A DNA stretch of 64,000 nt from Psilocybe cubensis (Eukaryota). Location: the NCBI GenBank assembly GCA_017499595.2, contig CM039003.1, positions 558,001-622,000 of the forward strand, given 5' to 3'. Position 1 is the first letter of the stretch; the number at the start of each line of letters is the position of its first letter. A model generated the notes under the pieces. The model did not search any database, was not told the DNA's origin, and saw only the letters and a program-made list of their open reading frames with translations. Positions 11,777 through 24,291 of the stretch are shown here, in pieces. Both the position numbers and the translations under genes were made by a program.

Positions 11777-13109
11777 ATAGCGCAGATTGATGGATGGATG
11801 GATGGGTGGGTGGATGGCGGATGTGGGTTGATGGGTTTGATGGACGGGGTGGTGGATGGGGGTGGTGGAGATGCGGTGTGCGAGAGGTGACTGGATGGAT
11901 ATGTATATACTTGGGATCTGGGATTTGGGATTTGTTCCGCTGCTTACACTGCTTATACTTGGCTATGATGTGATTAAGAGATGGACGATGGTTGTGCCGT
12001 GTAGGTTACTTGATTGTTTGTTGGGTGTTGGCTGTGGTAGGCAGTGGGCACCCGAGTTTTGTGATGGTGGTGGATGTGTATGAGGATAGACGAGGATGCT
12101 GTTGGTGTACTGGTTATGCTATGCTATAATACTTGCGATGGATGGATATAATCTACGGGTTATGTGTGCTGTGCAAGTGGAGTAAAATAGTTGTGCTAGT
12201 GTGCTTGTTTTAATTAACTTGTCGGAGATTTCGGGGAAATCGGAGTTGATATTCTGGGAAGGGAATGGGAAGGGAAAGGTAAATCTGGATTATCAGTTCG
12301 AGTGAGTAGAAATTAGATGAATCAGGGATATCAGGAAATCAGGCAGTCAGGGTGATCAGGTTAAGGCGGGCTAAGCAGCTAAGATGAGGTGATAATTTGT
12401 AGGACTTGTAATATATGAATATATCAGTATCATATACCGATGACAGACAAAACGTAGTACATAGCGTATAAAGGTAGCGCCGTTAAGCTGACACCCCCCG
12501 ACCACAACCAAAAAGAGCAATCTGTAACACGTAACGTGTGCGTGCGTGCGACGCTCGGGACGAGCCGAGTGGAGGGTTCGTTGATTGATTTTTTGATGGC
12601 GGCCAGGTCACTCGACTGATTCACACCGCCTTTTCGAATTCCCAGCCACAGAACCCCCGCTTCTTTCCTCTTCTTCTTCGTTCCCCCCTCCTCTCTTTCT
12701 TTTCCTTTCCTTTCCTCTCTCCCTTTGTCCCCGTCACCCGCTGTCATATACTTGCATTTCGTCCGTTTAGCTGACGTTTGTTTGGCTATTTGGACGGTTA
12801 GTGCTGGCTTGCGACGAACAACGACGAGACCGGATTCGAATCCACCCCCTTACCCTACCCTACACACCGTTGAAGGAGGAAAGCCCTATACTGTATAGGC
12901 GACTGCAAGATACAACAACCCACACGCTCGTTCAACCCAACTCAGCTTCGGCTCAACAAGTCGAATTTATCTATAGGCTAGCATTTTTGCTGCCGTCCTT
13001 GGCTTTACAGCTGTACCATACATTACAACTCGTGCAATTCGGATTATTTCGAGGAGGGAGTGAAGTGTAGAATTTGAAGCAAGAAATAAAAGAAAAAGAA
13101 AACAACAAA

Positions 13110-16100
13110 ATGCGACTTTCGTTCAACGCGCTGCTCTCGGCGCTGCTGCTCGTCGCGTCCATCCGCGTCCATGTACACGCGGCACACTCGTCCAGTGTGA
13201 ATTCGCATGCGAGGAGGAGTTTGTCTTTGGAAGGGAGGGAGTTGGAGGTGGAGGGGGAATTGGTGGAGAGAGCAGGACCGCTTTTGCCTGTTGACATTGC
13301 AGGCTTGAATATCCCGGGTATCATCGGTGCGTGTCCGCCCTCCTTTGCATCACTTCACTGCTCCTTCGTTATCGTTGGGCGTAGGCTGATGTGTGTTGTG
13401 TAGGCCCTCCTGATTCTGGCAACGACGGCGGTGACAACGGCGACGGCGACGGCAACCAGTCGTCGGCTAATGCCTCCGCTTCCGGCGCCGCCCAGAGTGC
13501 GACCCCATCAAACTCTGCACCCGCCCCTTCCGCTTCCGACAACAACTCGAACGTTGGCAACGGATCTCAAGCGTCGTCGTCCGCTGCTGCGGACGCGTCC
13601 TCCGCCACACCCCCACCCGCCGCGTCGAGTACGCCTAGTGCTAGTGCTAGTGGGAATGGAGGAGGGCTGCTAGGTGGACTAGGGAGTGCGGCGAGTAATG
13701 TGGTAGGTGGGCTCACGAGTGCCCTGGGGGATGTGACGAGCGTGTTGGCGCCGACGAGTGTCACGCCCCCTCCCTCCTCCTCCTCTTCCTCTAGTGATTC
13801 AGCATCTGCATCGGCTTCAAGCGATGATAGCTCATCGTCTGCGACACCACCCCCCAGCGACTCGGCAACGCTCACCGCCCCGCCTGCATCCACGTCCACG
13901 TCTACGCCGGGAAATATACTGTCGAGCATATTGAATCCCGTTACGAGTGTCCTCTCGAGCGTGGTGGATCCGGTGACGAGTGTCCTATCGAGTGTGGTGG
14001 ATCCGGTGACGAGTGTGGTGTCAGGTTCGTTGTCCGCCTCCTCTGCTTCTTTTACGATTTCTTCTTCTTTTCCTTCTCCTTCGTTGTCGAGTTTGAGTTT
14101 GAGCTCTGTTCCTGCCCCGACTACGACTCCTAGCCCTACGGAGACCGTGGACCCGGACCCTGTATCGTCGATCCTGTCGAGCGTCGCGAGTGGTGTGGTA
14201 TCGCTTACGAGTGTATTGGACCCGAGCACTTTTTCTCCTACTTTTTCTGTTTCGTCCACAGTGGATGTTCCTTCTTCTACACCGGATGTTTCGTCCACCC
14301 CGGATGTCTCTTCTTCTACACCGGATGTCTCTTCTTCTTCTTCGTCCACCCCGGACTTTCCTTCTTCTACACCGGCGCCAGCGAGCAGCACGAGCACACC
14401 CGTGAACCCCATTTCAACTATAATTTCTATTCTATCCAGTATTGTGCTCCCGCCTGACTCTGCTTCTTCTTCTTTCCCGCTGTCGTCTGCGGCGTCTACA
14501 GATGTTACGAGTGTGCCGGTTTCGGTGTCGGTGCCTGTTTCGGTGTCGGTGCCGGTTTCGGTGTCGGTGACGAGTGTTCCGCCTGATTCGACGACGGTGC
14601 CTCCGGATTCGACGACGGTGCCTCCGGATTCGACGACGGTTCCCCCGCCTGATTCGACGACGCTCCCGCCGCCTGTGAGTGGTAGCGACAGTTCAGTCCC
14701 GTCAAGCACGACCCCTCCGCCTATCACGACGGTCTCTGTACCCCTCTCGTCAACATCAATCATCATCTCCTTCCCTAGCGGCTCGCAGAGCGCTAGTGCG
14801 AGCCAGAGCGGGGACCTCTCAGCGAGTGGCAGTGCGAGTGCGAGTGTATCGGATGGGGGCGATGCGAGTAGTACGACGGACGCGCCGTTCACGATTATAA
14901 CGAGTATTTCGGTTGACCCTGCGCTCTCGTTCGTCCTCACTGAATCGTCACTTGCGCTTGCGTCGTCGACGCCTACACCGACCCAACCAAGCACAACGCT
15001 TACGGATCCAGACCAAGTCACATCCACCCTCGATCCACTTTTAACCACAGCACCCAACGGGCAGACGACTCTAGCCCAAGCGCCCCTGCCCACGGATATG
15101 CCGGGGAGGATTTTACCAGCGGATGCGATGAACACGGCCAATGAGGATTTGGCTGGGTTCACGCTTGTTAGTATATTGTTTGATAGTGATTTGAATTGGA
15201 ACTTTGTGGTGAATAGTCGGATTTCGAGTAGTCAGATTTTTGCGTATGTGCCTGTGTTGATTAATGCGGCTGTTGGGGTTTCGGGTGAGTGGTTTGGTTT
15301 TTTCTCTCCTCCTCCTATTCGCTTTTTTCGCTCATCCTCCATCCTCTCCCTCTCCCTCCCTTTCCCGCTGTCCATGGCCCGTGTAACTGACACCCCCCGT
15401 TCTTTCACAGGCGACCAAATCAAAACGTGGGCACTCCAAGTCTACGTCCCAACAACCTACCACTCCGCCGCAGACCTCGCAGAACTCGGTACAATGTGGC
15501 TAGGCTACATACCCACGCAATACGTCAACGACCTCGCAGCGCAAATCAAAGCGCGCACGTCCCCCTTTTACACGGGTGTAGCGGACAACGTCGCGCGTGC
15601 GCTCGCCCAGCGCGTCAACTCGGGGTTCAGCATTTTGTCGGTCGCGGCGGATGCGGGTGTGGGCAGTCCGGATGGGGCGGGGCTTGGTGCCGGGGTGGGT
15701 GCGGGTGCGGGGAGTGTGGTGGGGAGTACGGGGGCTAGTGCGGGTGGTGATCGGAGTAGGCAGGACGCGATTATAGGTGTTGTCAGTGCGCTTGGAGCCA
15801 TCGCGCTCCTTGTCCTTGTCTTCCTCGTGTACCGCAGCCTCAAGCGCCGCCGCCAGCTCGCGCACCGCCGATTATCCGATCCACCCATGGTCGGAAATCC
15901 GGGTGTGAGGCAGGATGGGGTTGTTAGGGAGTTTGATGAGGATAGTATTGGTGGGCAGAGGAGACGCAGCTTTTATTTTGCGGAGGATAGTTTGAGGGGG
16001 TATCAGGGTGAGCGGGGGGAGGAGGGTGGGTATCAGTATAGTGCCCAGCATGCTGGAGGAGGGGGAGGGGGAGGAGGACAGCAGCAGATGAGCCAGAGGA

Positions 16101-16162
16101 GGAATGTGGTTCCGAGTGCGATTTCGGCGCCGATTTTGAGGGAGAATACGATGAATTGGTAG
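13110..16162 (+). CDS. MSB2: Msb2/Hkr1-family signalling mucin
   Basis: Signal peptide MRLSFNALLSALLLVASI, long S/T/P-rich repetitive ectodomain, globular HMH-like region (LNWNFVVNSRISSSQIFAYVP), one TM helix (AIIGVVSALGAIALLVLVFLVY) followed by RSLKRRR, and C-terminal ISAPILRENTMNW resembling the Msb2 tail. Introns 13327-13403 and 15285-15410. Confidence 0.88.
13935..14665 (+). repeat. Coding tandem repeats of the mucin ectodomain
   Basis: 33-bp unit (DPVTSVLSSVV) x~3, STPDVS units, 18-bp unit (VPVSVS) x3, 21-bp unit (PPDSTTV) x~4. Confidence 0.9.
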
Positions 16163-17852
16163 GGGTGGGAAGTGTTCGCATTTTTAATGTCAACTGCGAC
16201 CTTGCGACCTTGACAATGACCTTGACCCCCCCCCCCCCCCGTCCTTGCTCTCGCACTCAGTACTCACCCCCTCACCCTCGTCCTTGCCCCCGTCCTTGCT
16301 CTCGCCCTCGCCCGCGACCTGGACCCGCCGTCCTCGACCTTCTCCTTCGACTTGACCCTTGCTCAGCGCCCAACGTCAATGTTAACCTTGACCCATCCCT
16401 CAAATTTTAAACCTGATCCCTTAAAGCCGATCCCTCGACCCCTCTCGGTCTGCTTCTTTTCTTTTTTATATTTTTGTGGTTTTGGATTGGATTATGGATT
16501 CGATTGATCGATCGATTGCTACATTGCTTGTTTCTTCATTGCTTTTTTCTTCACTGCTTCTGCTTCGGTTTTCAACTTGATTATTCCACTTATTTCATAA
16601 ACCGCCTTTGTTGTTGCTTTTTACTTCACTGCGCTGCACTGCACTTCGCTTTACCCTTACACTGATATCTGATATCTGACACTGATATCTGATATCTGAT
16701 ATCGTATGTCTTATGTGGATGATGATGATCGTTGCTTTTTTATTATCCTTGATATCCCGTTTTACCCTTTTTTTCCTACTTCCTACTTCCTACTACTTAC
16801 TACCTTCTACCTTCTACCTTTCTCCAGCTCAACTAAGCTCAACCTAGCTCCTTCGGTTGCTTTTACCTTGACCTTTACCTTTACATTGTGCTTTTTTCTG
16901 CTTTTTACACATTTTTACGTCCCTTTTTTTTTTTCTTCTTTACCTTTGTTGGCTGGTTGGTATATAGTATATAAAGTATTTATGTATGCTGCTGCTGCGG
17001 TGGCGGCGGCGGTCGCAAGACTCGACGTCTCCGTGTTTCTCAAGGCTTCAGTTTAGGACTTCAGGATTTTAGGATTTTAGGATTTTGAAGGTCCGAATGC
17101 GAATGCGAATGCAGATACGAGGTATTGGCGTCGTTGTCCTTGTGGGTGGTACACCCCACTTCTTGCTACGCTTTTACTTCCGCTTCCAATTCCCCTTCTG
17201 TTGTTTGTGTTTCGGCGTTATGCGTTTTGCCATTTTTTTGGATACCAGTTTCTGGGGAAGGGGAGGATGTTGTTGTTAGGCATAGCGTTCAAACATTCAA
17301 ATGCACAAACGTTTAAAACTTCAAATGTTTATACTTGTTTTAGTGGGCCACCGCGGAGCGTGGCGTGACGAGTCTTTACGACTCAGCGTCACGCTTTGTA
17401 ATAATATAATATATATATAATATAATATAAATAATAAATATAATTACAAATCTCGAAATCATTCCCGCGCGCCCGTTTGGGTAACTGAAGAAGCGCGGCG
17501 CAATGGCGGCTATCGACTTCTTAGAAGTCGATGGGCTGCCATGAAGTGGTGGGGGTCAAACAGACCCGCCCATCTTCCTCTTTCTTCCCAACCCCCACCA
17601 TCTCCAACACCTCCCAGCAGTATTCGGCCCACCTCGTGCTAAAAAAAAACCAAAAAAATGACGAAAAATTCGGACGGATCGGCATTGACGGCAGGTATGT
17701 GCCGAATCTATTTTTATCCGCTGTTTTATTTTATTCATTGTGTTTTGTGTGTTTTGCGCTGTGCAGGCAAAACACTTGCGCGCGTATTCGTTAAAGGTGA
17801 GTAGTGGCCTGTTTTCAACCGTTATTAACTCACCTATCGCTTTTAGACGGCG

Positions 17853-18314
17853 TCACGGACGTATATCGTCCGTATTCTCTGATTTTTTGCATTTGTTGAA
17901 GGTTTTGGCCGCACGCGAGCCAGAAGCATCCTCAGTTGTACCAGATAGTTTCAGATTGTGTTTCGTCTTTATGGATTGCGCATGAAGCGCATACATTTCG
18001 GAGGCGACAGTTTCGGTCATTCCAAAATGGGCAATGGAAGAGCATACGATATAAGACTTCTTCTTCTCACAAACACATTTGAAGATGATGCATCTTTGGC
18101 ATCAAATGGGATTCATGCCCTTGCACTCTTTGCTGACGTTGGTACAACCCATGCAAGTTGGTAACGGATTGTCTCGCAAGGCGATGAGATAGGGAGAGTC
18201 GTTTGATAACGATTATTGCACAAATTCAATATAATCCTTTGCAGAGACATTGGTAAATGTCGTATTATCGATGGGGGAATGGTCATTAGCTGATTGTAAC
18301 ATGGAGCTGTCCAT
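17853..18314 (-). pseudogene. Zn(II)2Cys6-like cysteine-cluster protein pseudogene
   Basis: From ATG 18314: MDSSMLQSANDH...EFVQ*SLSND...PTCMGCTNVSKECKGMNPI*CQRCIIFKCVCEKKK. The CxxC-x6-C-x7-CxxC-x6-C spacing fits, and both stops can be explained as CAA->TAA and CGA->TGA. Confidence 0.5.
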
Positions 18315-18577
18315 TCTGAATTGTTTGAGAGATACGAAGAAAGTGAAAAGTGAAAGAAAGGAAATGAAACATCATGATGAAAAAAAAAACACAACTTTAG
18401 GGCAAGTGTATCTGTTCAAGTTTATATGACAGGTGCATAACTAAGGAGTTTATATGACAGCTGCAAAACTAAGGAAATGTTATTTTGTGTATGGCATGAA
18501 TATGAATAGAGATCTTAAAGCTGGATAGCATGAGCATCAAATAGACGCTGAGTTAAGCAAGTTCATAAACAGGATGA

Positions 18578-18622
18578 CCGTGGGAATATCCTGCGTACAC
18601 TGTACGCAGGATATTCCCACGG
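18578..18622. repeat. Perfect 45-bp palindrome (22-bp arms, 1-nt spacer)
   Basis: CCGTGGGAATATCCTGCGTACA-C-TGTACGCAGGATATTCCCACGG. Confidence 0.98.
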
Positions 18623-18819
18623 GGGCAGCACGTCACCCCTGTGTCCAATTTGATTTTATATTATGTTGACGTCACCAATACATTATGGTCCAACCACCTC
18701 AAAACCATTTGAAACGGCACAGAATAACAGAATTTGAATGCCATAGATAGTAAAACAAACTTTGATTGTTTTATGTAGAATTAAAAGCGAAGAGTAGGTA
18801 CATATTTGCAACCCACTCT

Positions 18820-21800
18820 CTAGTCAACAGTTGGACTGGACAGCAAAAATCCCCACTGTGCATAGTTGAACAATTTAAAATGATTTCCACCGGTAGCAGG
18901 TTGTGCGATGTGAATCATATGGGACATAATGACCAACGAACCATAGGGTATTTCATTCCACAAAGGAAGATATAAATCTCTGTCTTCCAGCATCTCCTTG
19001 GTGAAAGTCTTCTCAGGAAAATCCTTCAACAAAGTACGCAAATCATAAATTGGAACTGCCGCGACGTATTAAACTTGGCAATAAATAACGGGATAAACTG
19101 AGGACTCACATTTTTTGCCGTAAGCCAACATTGTGGCTTTTTTCTTGGGCTGAGGAGTCGTCTTAAGCGATACCGCCGGTGCGGTTGTAAAAAGCGACTT
19201 AGGAAGTGTCTGCGCGGTAGAGCTCATTTGTTCATCTGCTGTGTGCGGTAGTCAGGAATGTCACATAGCCAAATAGAATTATAGTACTTACCACTTTTGT
19301 CGTTCGGTTTGTTCTTGGTGGTAAATTGTATCGCGTTGTAGTAGGAAGGGACCTCTAACTTTGGTTGATGGGTTACCATCCTGATGACAGCCAAAGCCCG
19401 GTCCCACCAATATGCCATTGGAACCCCTTGGACGTAATGGCCTCCCCATGTCAATCGAGGATTCATTTCATGAAGAAACAAGGATATTGTCACAATTGGA
19501 GTTAGGCACTGTAACGGCTCTTCAGATGTGTTTCGAAGTTCGTAACATTGTCCCCACATGGACTGTGACTTCAATAGCAAAGGGCTAACGCGACCAAGAT
19601 TGATGAAACATTCCTCAATGGAAAAGTTGAGGAAGGATGCAAGAAAACTACCATTGGGAGATATATCACGAAGGATGGCAAATAATGATACATAAGTGAC
19701 TTACGTGGAGAAAAAATTCGCGCCATGCCACTGTTGTAATTGACTGAAGCCCACCAGCCCATGAACTTGAGTGGTGTCGACGTTGCTAAAGGTCTCTATT
19801 TGCCTGCACTATCTGTCAATATGTGTGCTGTGTCACATATAATTTGAGGTTTACCTGAGGTGTGGAAGGTTTTTGTAACATCCTTTCACTTCGAGTTTGG
19901 GATCTTTAGTAATTCCAACCAAAACCTCGCACGCAAATGGCAAAGCCCTGAATGATATACAAATGTATGTATAAGCTCATGTCACAAAATAAATGAGAAC
20001 ACGTACGCTGATTGAACATGATTGAGATCGGAGTTGTATACCAAAAGAGCAGGATTTCGGAGGCTACGTGGTCCCAGGGCGGGTGGCACAACACCGGGAG
20101 CCGGAATAGCGGCACTGGTGACAACAGGAGCAATAGTGCTGGCTGTAACGGGGGTGGACACCACAACAGTGTCATTGTCAGTAGCAACAGAAACAGTTCC
20201 CGCCTTGGGTGCCTGAGTATCAGGGTTTCTCCAGTTTCCCCTCTTTATCTTCACAGAATTATCTTATCATTTCATTATCTTATCAATTATCTGATTAGAT
20301 AGTTTATTTCTTTCATCACAGCCTTCTTACTCCACTTCTTTTTAGTAAATTCTATATGATTCCTAGTCTTACTCATTCTTTTTCTATATGATGCCACTTT
20401 TATTCTTTAACCTTCCTTTATGATGTAATGTAGGGAATATTCTAGAATAGCTGTAGAGTATAAATACTGGACATGTAGGTAGCTGTAGCTTCAGCTTCAA
20501 TCTTTTAGGATATCCACTATCATTGGTGTGATCTCTTAGAACCATTGAGTCTCTCTCACTTTCTTATTCTCTCTTTGCTCTCTTACTCTCCCTCTGCTCT
20601 CTCTCTCTCTCTTTTGCTTGATCTTTGTTGGTGGCCTTGTCACACTAATTATAGTGTTGCCCTGACACTAAGACTTCTTCGCAATCTTGGAACAAGGTGT
20701 CAACACTTTGCAGGTATTTTTTGAAGGAGATTTGCTTTCAGGGATTGAAAAAGGAGTTCTAATATCGACAATAGAAAGAGCATTCATCCTAGAGGACGGA
20801 GTTTCTGCAGCGGCCTTGCGGGCTGATTGCCTGGCAGGAGTAGCAGGAGTTTCGCCGGCTTTCTTCTTGGGGGTGGCCCTCTTCGTCGAAGAAGGCGTAG
20901 GCGGAGGTTCCGTGCGCATATGTTTGGTACTGCACCGCTAGGGTCAACAAAAACCAAAGTTCAAATCAAATTAATTGTAACGTACGGAGACCTATCTGCA
21001 ACCAGAGTTGCGGGTGTCGCTGGCAATTGTGACCCACTGAGATTAAAAAAAAAAACCAGCCATATCAGTACGACTTAAAAATCCGTATAACTGATGAACA
21101 ACATACTGCGTAGGAAACTCAGGTGTAGGGGTAGACTCCCTCGGCCTTTTGATCTTGCGAGATTTCTGGAGAGTTGGGGCGGAAGTAAAGACACTAGAAA
21201 CAATACAGTGAGAGAAAAACTACCAATAAGTGAGTAAAAGACTCACTCGTCGATGGGAGGTATGGGGACGCTAATGATGTCCAATCAATAATTGACCAGA
21301 CAGTGAAGATGATAACATACTTTTTAATTGGCTCCTCAATGTCCTCTCCTTTGTCAGTAAGAATACCTTCTTGCTCTTCAAGATTGTTCAAGTCATCTTC
21401 AACATCTTCGTCGCCTTTGTCTTCCTCCTCGTATTCTTCGTTCTCAAGTGCGTCTTCATCATCTTCAATAAAGTCTTCAAGGTCTTCGGAGTCACCGCCT
21501 TGCTCCTCTTCATCTTCGTCGTTGTCGTTGTCGTTGTGGTCATCATCATCATCATTCTTGTCACACAGCTCACCGTCTGTAACCACCTCTTCTGCATCAG
21601 ACGCCCCTTCATATTCCTTATCAGCTTTGACCGCGTTGACCACGCCGCTGCGGAAACTCCTTGGCAAAGCCTAATATAGAAATTCATTAGAAACGAAACG
21701 TAATTTCCCAAAGGAAAAACGTACATGGGGTTTCTATAAAAAGTGCGAATATTATTTAAGAAAATAGGTTTAGAGCGCAAAACAATCTATAAAACAAAAA

Positions 21801-22240
21801 AAACGTACCCAGGCCTAAAATTCGTTTCACTGACAGTCACATGGGCCTTCTTGGGCTGTATAGGAGGGACTTTGGATGAAGAGGGCTGTTGAGCAACAAC
21901 ATTGGATGTAGGTTTACTAAAAGCACACAATGGTCAACAACAGACTTATAGCAAGACGAATAAAAACACTGTACGTTGTTTTTTTTTTTGGGGCAGCTCT
22001 CTTAACCTGGGCGTCCATGTCAGCAGTTTTTCTAAGGAGAAAAACAAAGATAAAGGTAAGTTAAATTTGGGAACAAAATAACAGAGGTACATACTTGACA
22101 ATCTTCGCCGCAGCAACTCGTTTGTTGGCGACCTTTCGAGCAGGGGGCGCTGCACTAACAGGAGGGATAGCAAGAGCTGGGAACGGAAGTCAAACTGCCA
22201 AAGCAGCAGTATCAGCGTTCTTTTTAGCTTTAGGAGGCAT
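18820..22240 (-). pseudogene. Multi-exon gene: basic N-terminus, acidic tract, S/T/P-rich linker, C-terminal putative OB-fold domain; interrupted by a solo LTR
   Basis: ATG 22240 (MPPKAKKNAD..., early in-frame TGA), acidic exon ~21320-21670, and last exon VPIYDLRTLL...LPLWNEIPYGSLVIMSH...LFNYAQWGFLLSSP. The frame KKS|QAPK is restored when the LTR is removed. Confidence 0.6.
20218..20667. mobile_element. Solo LTR (450 bp)
   Basis: TATCAGGG...CCCTGACA termini, 5-bp TSD CTGAG/CTAAG (one transition), closely similar to 59255-59700. Confidence 0.92.
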
Positions 22241-22702
22241 TTAAGGATGAAGTCTTAGGGAAAGTCGAAGCGTGGATGACAAGGACAAGAAGAGGGATAA
22301 CAGAGAATATATGCCAAATCAATTGGCTTGGACGTAGATAACGATTAGGGCCATCGAATCTTTCAGACGCAAAGTAAACAGGAGAGTAGGAAGAAATTTG
22401 ACCTAGCAGAAACCTTGGAATTCTCAAAGGAATGACCAATCAATTTTAGTGATCACTTGAAGAGAATATCCAAAGACCATGGTGTGAATGATCATACCAA
22501 AAAAGATAAAAATGAAGATCCATAAGAACAGGGGGCATAAATGAAGAACAGCAAGAACAGGAGGGGCAGGCATACATTATAATATATCAAGTGCAATTTG
22601 ATTGAGCACGATACAGAAGTACTTTGACACCCTTGGAACGTCATTAACAATGGACAAGAACTACGACATAAACACCGCGAGTGAGTTTTCCTTTCATTCT
22701 TC

Positions 22703-23882
22703 ATGCGTACAAAAGCTGATTAAGATTCAGAACTTAAACTTGAAGAAATAGTGAACAAACGACGATTGAACCCCAGCCACGTTCAATTATACGACGCAGA
22801 TGTAAGGAATTCAATTGCTAAGCTTCAAAAACTTGCTAACGACTCATGTAGATACAGAAGTATGAAATCACCGAATTCTTGACGCCCAAATCATGGAGGA
22901 TGTCCGACTTTGACATGGATATTGGTGCAATGGACGAAGTGATATTCAGACTCCAAGGCATAGTTAGCAACAAGATGCTACCACCAATGGCAAAGCCTGC
23001 TTCATATGTCCACTCCATTGAGGTGAATTAATTACAAATGAGGACTTAACACTGTTTACAGCCGCAACAGAATGGTCAAGCAACGACCATATTTATGTAC
23101 CGCCATTGCTATCACGGGACTTAGAGACATTGCATTCAATAAGGCAATGGAAAAGCTAGAAGAAGTTTTTCTCTGTTTTGCAAACAATTTTCCCGCGGAC
23201 AGCGTCAGCGGCTATGACCCAGTTCTTCACAAAGACACGGGTTTCAACATTTTCCATGCGCATAGCCAATATTTCACAAAGGTATCCGCATATCAAGATG
23301 AATCTGACAACATAGGTTTTCATCCCCTGGTCGATCCTGATAACGTGTTGGCATCCATGGCAGGGGACGGTTTCATCCACGCAATCGATAACAAGGTACA
23401 GTTTCTTTGTCGGGAGATACTTCCTGACAGAACAGCCAGGTATGTTTAGGAAATACCAACAATGCATCACAACCAAACTAACATCATGTTGCAACAGATA
23501 TTATCCTTATAATCCTGCCTCCATACGAATTGGAGACATTGTCGAGATCAGTGTTGCCTTTGTTGCATTTCCTGCCCAAGGAAACAAGTACAAATTCGTT
23601 GTCGCTCTTCGCGGAATACTTGTCTTGGACCAGGAGGCAAGAGAGGTAAGCAATGTTACGTTGAACAGTCTCATAGCCATTCATAACTTCCAACAGAAAG
23701 CTAATATTCTCAGAATGTGGTCGCGCTATACTCCAGCAAAAAAACAGGTTGCTGTTTTGTGTAGGACAAAGAGGCAGCTATACAAAGGTCAGATTGACAT
23801 TGAAGACACGCAACAGAGGATGGCATGTATGCGCTTAAACAAGGACACAGTCCACAATAGCAATACTATGTCCCAAGATTAA
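22703..23882 (+). pseudogene. Putative OB-fold (ssDNA-binding-like) agaricomycete protein pseudogene
   Basis: Exons give ...DEVIFRLQGIVSNKMLPP...FHAHSQYFT...VDPDNVL...HAIDNKVQF...PASIRIGDIVEISVAFVAFP...KFVVALRGILVLD. There is an early stop and a donor apparently mutated GT->AT near 23004. The start is approximate. Confidence 0.6.
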
Positions 23883-24030
23883 TACATACATAGTACATAG
23901 AAAGACAAGGATATTATAAATGTGCTAAACGAACAATCAATCCATTTGCAAGAACATTGTGAATAACAAGGAATAATTTGTCAAGTCATTTTCATGACAG
24001 AAATTATCTGAAGGTGTTAGTTGGCACCCC

Positions 24031-24210
24031 GTGGGAGAATCCTGCGTACACTGTACGCAGAATATTCCCACACTTGGCTGAATATCGGCGAGGAAGTCCG
24101 TGGGAGAATCCTGCGTACACTGTACACAGGATATTCCCACACTCGGCTAAATATCGGGAGAGGTTGACTGTGGGAATATCCTGCGTACAGTGTACGCAGG
24201 ATTCTCCCAT
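24031..24210. repeat. Array of three 41-bp imperfect palindromes, period ~69-70 bp
   Basis: Copies at 24031-24071, 24100-24140 and 24170-24210 (third inverted), same family as 18578-18622. The two spacers resemble each other. Confidence 0.95.
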
Positions 24211-24291
24211 GCTCATCCGCAAGTCAAACTTACAAATTAAGACGGAAAGAATGAGGACAAGAACACAAGTTTATTTCGAACAAAAATTTGA

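Noticed and set aside
11196-12750. Short ORFs between RPL25 and MSB2
   Set aside because: Microsatellite and low-complexity UTR or intergenic DNA with no coherent exon structure.
13567-15162. 531-aa minus-strand ORF
   Set aside because: Antisense shadow of the S/T/P-rich mucin coding sequence.
24031-24210. CRISPR-like repeat-spacer array
   Set aside because: The two spacers are homologous to each other, the third repeat is inverted, there are no cas genes and the context is eukaryotic.
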